Source: the human T2T-CHM13v2.0 reference genome, Homo sapiens
Direction: 5' to 3' (one strand)
Length of the DNA stretch: 64,000 bases
Assembly: GCF_009914755.1 (NCBI RefSeq)
Contig: NC_060925.1
The notes beneath the pieces were generated by a model that saw only the letters and a list, made by a program, of their open reading frames with translations, did no database searches and was not told where the DNA came from. Below are positions 62,313 to 64,000 of the stretch, piece after piece; within the stretch, counting starts at the first letter, position 1; every line of letters begins with the position of its first letter. The translations under genes were made by a program, and so were the position numbers.

Positions 62313-63559
62313 CTACCACATTTTACTCTGAGACAAGGAAATGTCCACAGGGAAGTGGCCACACACAGAAGTTAACCTAAAAGACAATGAATTCAGAGGA
62401 CGGACATGAACAAATGTGCAATTTAAAACACAGGCCAGGTGCAGTGGCAACCCCTATAATCCCAGAGCTTTGGGAGGCCAAGGCGGGCTCATCACATGAG
62501 GTCAGGACCAGCCTGGCCAACATGGTGAAACCCCATCTCTACTAAAAGTACAAAAATTAGCCAGGCGTGGTGGCACATGCCTGAAATCCCAGCTACTCGG
62601 GAGGCTGAGGCAGGAAAATCGCTTGAACCCAGGGTCGGAGGTTGCAGTGAGCCAAGATCGTGCCATTGCACTCCAGCCTGGGCAACAGAGTGAGACTCTG
62701 TCTCAATTAAAAAAAAAAAAAAAAGCTGGGCATGGCATAGGCCTCTGGTCCCAGCTACTGGGGAGGGTGACGTGGCAGGATCACCCACCTGAGTCTGGGA
62801 TGCCCAGGCTGCAGTGAGCTGTGACAGCACCACTGCATTGCAGCCCACACGACAGAGAGACGCCCTGTCTCAAAACCAAATAATAATAATAATCCAAACC
62901 CCAAACGTCATTAGAAAAAATTAGGTAATTAGAAAAAAATCCACAAGAGAGGTACAAACAGTATATGCCAGACACAGGCTTGGTCTCCAGCTGCACGGCC
63001 AGACGAGACCCAGGAAAGTGTCAGATGCACTTGCGTTTCACAGGACAACAGTCACATTAACATTTAGAGCTACACGTTTACTTGCTTTTGAAGACAAGTG
63101 GTTTTGCAGTTCATAACACAAAAAGCTGGTAAACCTTCACTAACTTACATGTACACAGGATGAACTTTCTGTAGGATCCTGTGAGACTCCCACACACCTT
63201 CTCATGTGGCTGAATGGGCTTCCCTGGAGCGGGGGAACTGTCCAGGCCGGTGTCTGCCACCCCAGCCCTCCTTTCACAACGGCCTCTCCCTCCTCCTCTA
63301 CCCTCTGGGCCAGCGGCTGTTGCCTGGACCCCCTCACTGGGCTGAGTGACACTTCACTAGGTCAGACTGGCCATTCACTAACTTAGAAACAGAAGTCACT
63401 TGTCTTCTCCCCAAAGGCACTCCAAGCAAGCTTGGGATGGCTTAACCAGACTCCTTTCAATCAAAAATGAAAAAATCCCGCAAGAAAGCTCAACTATGGA
63501 AAGTGGCTTCAGTGTAAAATGAAAAAAAATAGAGAAGCCTCTGCACGTGACCCTGGGAG

Positions 63560-63970
63560 CCAGGCTCAAGCCCCTCGGCAGGACACCCAGCGCAAAGCTG
63601 CTCTACTCCACGTGCCACTGAGGCTGAGCGAGGAAAAGTCATGGCAAAGAAACCTGGGACTTAGAAATAGTTCCACGCATGCTCAGCGAAAGAACAAAAG
63701 GCTGCATATGAACTGGACAGTGTGGAATGAGCAGACCTGTAGCACGGGAAGCAGCTAAACTGGACGGTGTGGAACGGGCGGACCTGTAGCACGGGAAGCT
63801 GCTACAGGCACTGGGAGGAGAATGGGCAGCAGCAAACGGCCTTGGGAGACGAAAAGCGTCTCAAAACCAATTGTGGTGACGGCTGCAACTCCATGAATGT
63901 CCTGAAACCCACAGAACTGGACACGCGACTCAGGGAAGTGCATGATTTGTACATTTTATCTCAATAAAAA
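63560..63970 (+). mobile_element. Probable ancient L1M 3' end fragment
   Basis: ...ggtgacggctgcaactccatgaatgtcctgaaacccacagaactggacac...attttatctcaataaa resembles L1MB/ME 3' termini. Confidence 0.5.
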
Positions 63971-64000
63971 CAATTCTTGATAAAACGGTCAGTCCACCCA

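Overview
Human (primate) genomic DNA from the GC- and Alu-rich ATAD3 cluster on 1p36.33, recognised from the encoded proteins. In order: the last coding exon of ATAD3B (+, 1-321); a ~11-kb repeat-riddled relic of a further ATAD3 copy (orphan exon-2 copy at 8088-8165, intron-15 copy, intact orphan terminal exon at 13709-13855 with its own AATAAA); the complete 16-exon ATAD3A gene (+, CDS 16773-38576, 1761 nt, 586 aa); the complete 4-exon TMEM240 gene (-, 173 aa), tail-to-tail with ATAD3A; and the last three exons of SSU72 (-). The window ends inside the large upstream SSU72 intron. Repeats include dozens of Alus (one AluYa5 with a perfect TSD), a solo LTR13 inserted into an Alu, LTR10/ERV1 remnants with an RNase H fragment, old L1 pieces and several VNTRs. 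No prokaryote-type system (CRISPR etc.) is present. The most interesting signal is the relic. Its two exons keep canonical splice sites and are both phase 0, so they could serve as in-frame alternative 3' exons for ATAD3B that remove the B-specific tail. It also shares a ~520-bp near-identical tract with ATAD3A, a likely gene-conversion product and NAHR substrate. Function of the relic is inference, and it may already be annotated as a pseudogene or predicted transcript.
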